Source of the DNA: Nitrospirota bacterium
GTDB taxonomy: Bacteria > Nitrospirota > Nitrospiria > Nitrospirales > Nitrospiraceae
NCBI GenBank assembly: GCA_963701855.1
Contig: CAVPBK010000009.1
Location: 288,001 to 352,000 of the forward strand
Direction: 5' to 3'
DNA length: 64,000 nucleotides
A program made the position numbers and the translations under genes. Positions 62,411 through 64,000 of the stretch are shown here, piece by piece (within the stretch, counting starts at the first letter, position 1; each line of letters opens with the position of its first letter). The notes under the pieces were generated by a model, which searched no databases, was not told where the DNA came from, and saw nothing but the letters and a program-made list of their open reading frames with translations.

Positions 62411-62653
62411 GAACACAACATCTGGACCAGTGGTCTGGCAGGCGGTGAACGGAACGGCGCCCATGAAAACATCTACCAAGGTGAAATGACTGTGACCTAT
62501 CGCCTGACGGATTCCATCCAAGGATTCGGAGGAGTTCAGCGTTCCAACCGGAAGGAAAGTTTTGAGTCGAGTTCTATCAAGGACACCAATGTCGGCATCG
62601 GCCTCTCCGCGCAGTTCTGATCTGGCTGGTTGATCTGGTTAGTTTCGTTCAAC
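62411..62653 (+). repeat. Direct repeat of 61312..61554 (3' end of the barrel gene plus downstream DNA)
   Basis: Collinear over ~243 bp; the 3' half is near-identical. Confidence 0.9.
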
Positions 62654-62739
62654 CAAAAAACTAGACAAACCAGATAGACCAGACCAACCAAACAACCATC
62701 TTCTAACGCTGGCAGACTTTTTCAGCATCCTGCCATTGC

Positions 62740-63831
62740 TTACACAGTCCGTGGTACGAGATGCACCGCGCCGGCTTTGATCGCCGCCCCAACGACTAAG
62801 CCTGTTTTAAGACCAAGTTCTTCTCTAGCCCCTCTCGTAATCACCGCCCGCAGAGGAAAACCGCAATCAACCGTGACCGTCACTAACACACCCTGCGGCA
62901 GCATCTCGGTCACACGACCGGACAGATGATTACGCGCGCTGGTGACACCGCTCCCTGCCTGCTCGAGCAAGACATCTTCTGCGCGAATGCAAACGTAGAC
63001 GGCTGAACCGCTCACGTCCGCGCCTAAGCCCTTCAGCGCCGTCCCGTTCACCAACACGGTCGCCAACCCGTTGTCGTTCGCGACCACTTGCCCCTGCACG
63101 ACGGTCTCAATACCCACGATCTGCGCCACCTCCGCATTGGCCGGCCTAGAGAACACTTCTTGCGGCGAACCAGTTTGAAGGATCGTTCCTCCCTGCATCA
63201 CCGCAATGACATCCCCTAACGTCAAGGCCTCAGCCCAATCGTGCGTGACGACGACAGAAGGAATTTTCAACTGTGTCAACAGGGCTCGCAGTTCTCCACT
63301 CAAGCGACTGCGTGTCGGAACATCCAAAGCAGACAGGGGTTCATCGAGTAATAAGAGCTGCGGTCGCCTGGCAATCGCACGCGCAAGCGCCACACGTTGC
63401 TGTTGCCCACCCGACAACTGCGCCGTTTTGGCCTGTTCGAGCCCTTGAAGTTGCAGCAAGGCGATCAGCTCACGGACACGCTCCCGTCGTGCCACAGCCG
63501 GCAGATCGCTCAATCCATATTCAATATTGCCGGCCACCGTATGCGTGGGAAAGAGCGCATAATCCTGCGACATGTAGCCGACCCGTCGCGCTTGCGGCGA
63601 GAGCCGAATGTTGGACGCCGCATCGACCCAGGTTGTCGAACCGAATTGAATCCGTCCCTCTTCCGGCCATTCCAGCCCGGCAAGACAACGCAGCAGGGTC
63701 GTTTTCCCAGATCCTGATGGCCCGAAGAGAATCAACACGCTCGGAAGGTCGATCGGCAACGTGAGCCGTGCCGCAGCAGTAAACCGACCGAGAAAAGTCT
63801 TGCGGCAATCAACCGTCAACGCTGCGGCCAT
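62740..63831 (-). CDS. modC: Molybdate ABC transporter ATPase
   Basis: GPSGSGKT, LSGGQ and LLLDEP; TOBE domain TSARN. Confidence 0.9.
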   Translation of the reverse strand: MAAALTVDCRKTFLGRFTAAARLTLPIDLPSVLILFGPSGSGKTTLLRCLAGLEWPEEGRIQFGSTTWVDAASNIRLSPQARRVGYMSQDYALFPTHTVAGNIEYGLSDLPAVARRERVRELIALLQLQGLEQAKTAQLSGGQQQRVALARAIARRPQLLLLDEPLSALDVPTRSRLSGELRALLTQLKIPSVVVTHDWAEALTLGDVIAVMQGGTILQTGSPQEVFSRPANAEVAQIVGIETVVQGQVVANDNGLATVLVNGTALKGLGADVSGSAVYVCIRAEDVLLEQAGSGVTSARNHLSGRVTEMLPQGVLVTVTVDCGFPLRAVITRGAREELGLKTGLVVGAAIKAGAVHLVPRTV

Positions 63832-64000
63832 ACCGCCCACACCTTTCGATTCATCGCGTAGACCAGCAGCAGCACGCCATAGGAGACCGCCAGTAATAAC
63901 AGCGCCGTCTTGGCGGCCCCGGCATAGTTGAGCGCTTGCACTTCATCATAAATATCTATCGAGACCGTCCTCGTCTCCCCTTCAATGTTGCCGCCGACCA
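63816..64000 (-). CDS. modB: Molybdate ABC permease, 3' part
   Basis: GGNIEGETRTVSIDIYDEVQALNY..A; overlaps the modC start. Confidence 0.85.
   Translation of the reverse strand, partial: VGGNIEGETRTVSIDIYDEVQALNYAGAAKTALLLLAVSYGVLLLVYAMNRKVWAVWPQR

Overview
Bacterial chromosomal accessory region. The gene style and intergenic repeat families resemble Nitrospira-like genomes, but this is my inference and is not proven. From left to right: (1) a minus-strand operon of DcaP-type porin, Tat-signal L-serine dehydratase, MFS transporter, Pta, AckA (frameshifted) and pyruvate formate-lyase, which together form a serine-to-acetate/formate fermentation route; (2) an orphan atpG followed by two paralogous exported proteins, one of which starts with a captured piece of atpG; (3) a ferrosome-like (fez) cluster with a P1B-6-type ATPase carrying DYGTG, an HMA2 protein, two DUF5132-like proteins and a GxxxG membrane protein, placed back-to-back with an orphan ParA and a small tail-anchored partner, which is the best candidate here for an undescribed system (organelle positioning); (4) CAX, an orphan TolC and several toxin-antitoxin modules; (5) a ~28 kb envelope island with three Cys-type sulfatases, a formylglycine-generating enzyme, a 2H-HAD fusion, DUF3313/DUF4136/DUF4410 lipoproteins and several outer-membrane barrels, two of them disrupted; (6) modC and partial modB. 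Intergenic DNA is rich in a 183-bp TA-flanked MITE, low-complexity palindromic elements and REP-like hairpins. I saw no rRNA, tRNA, CRISPR array or transposase. Family names come from motif recognition by eye, not database searches, and repeat boundaries are approximate.
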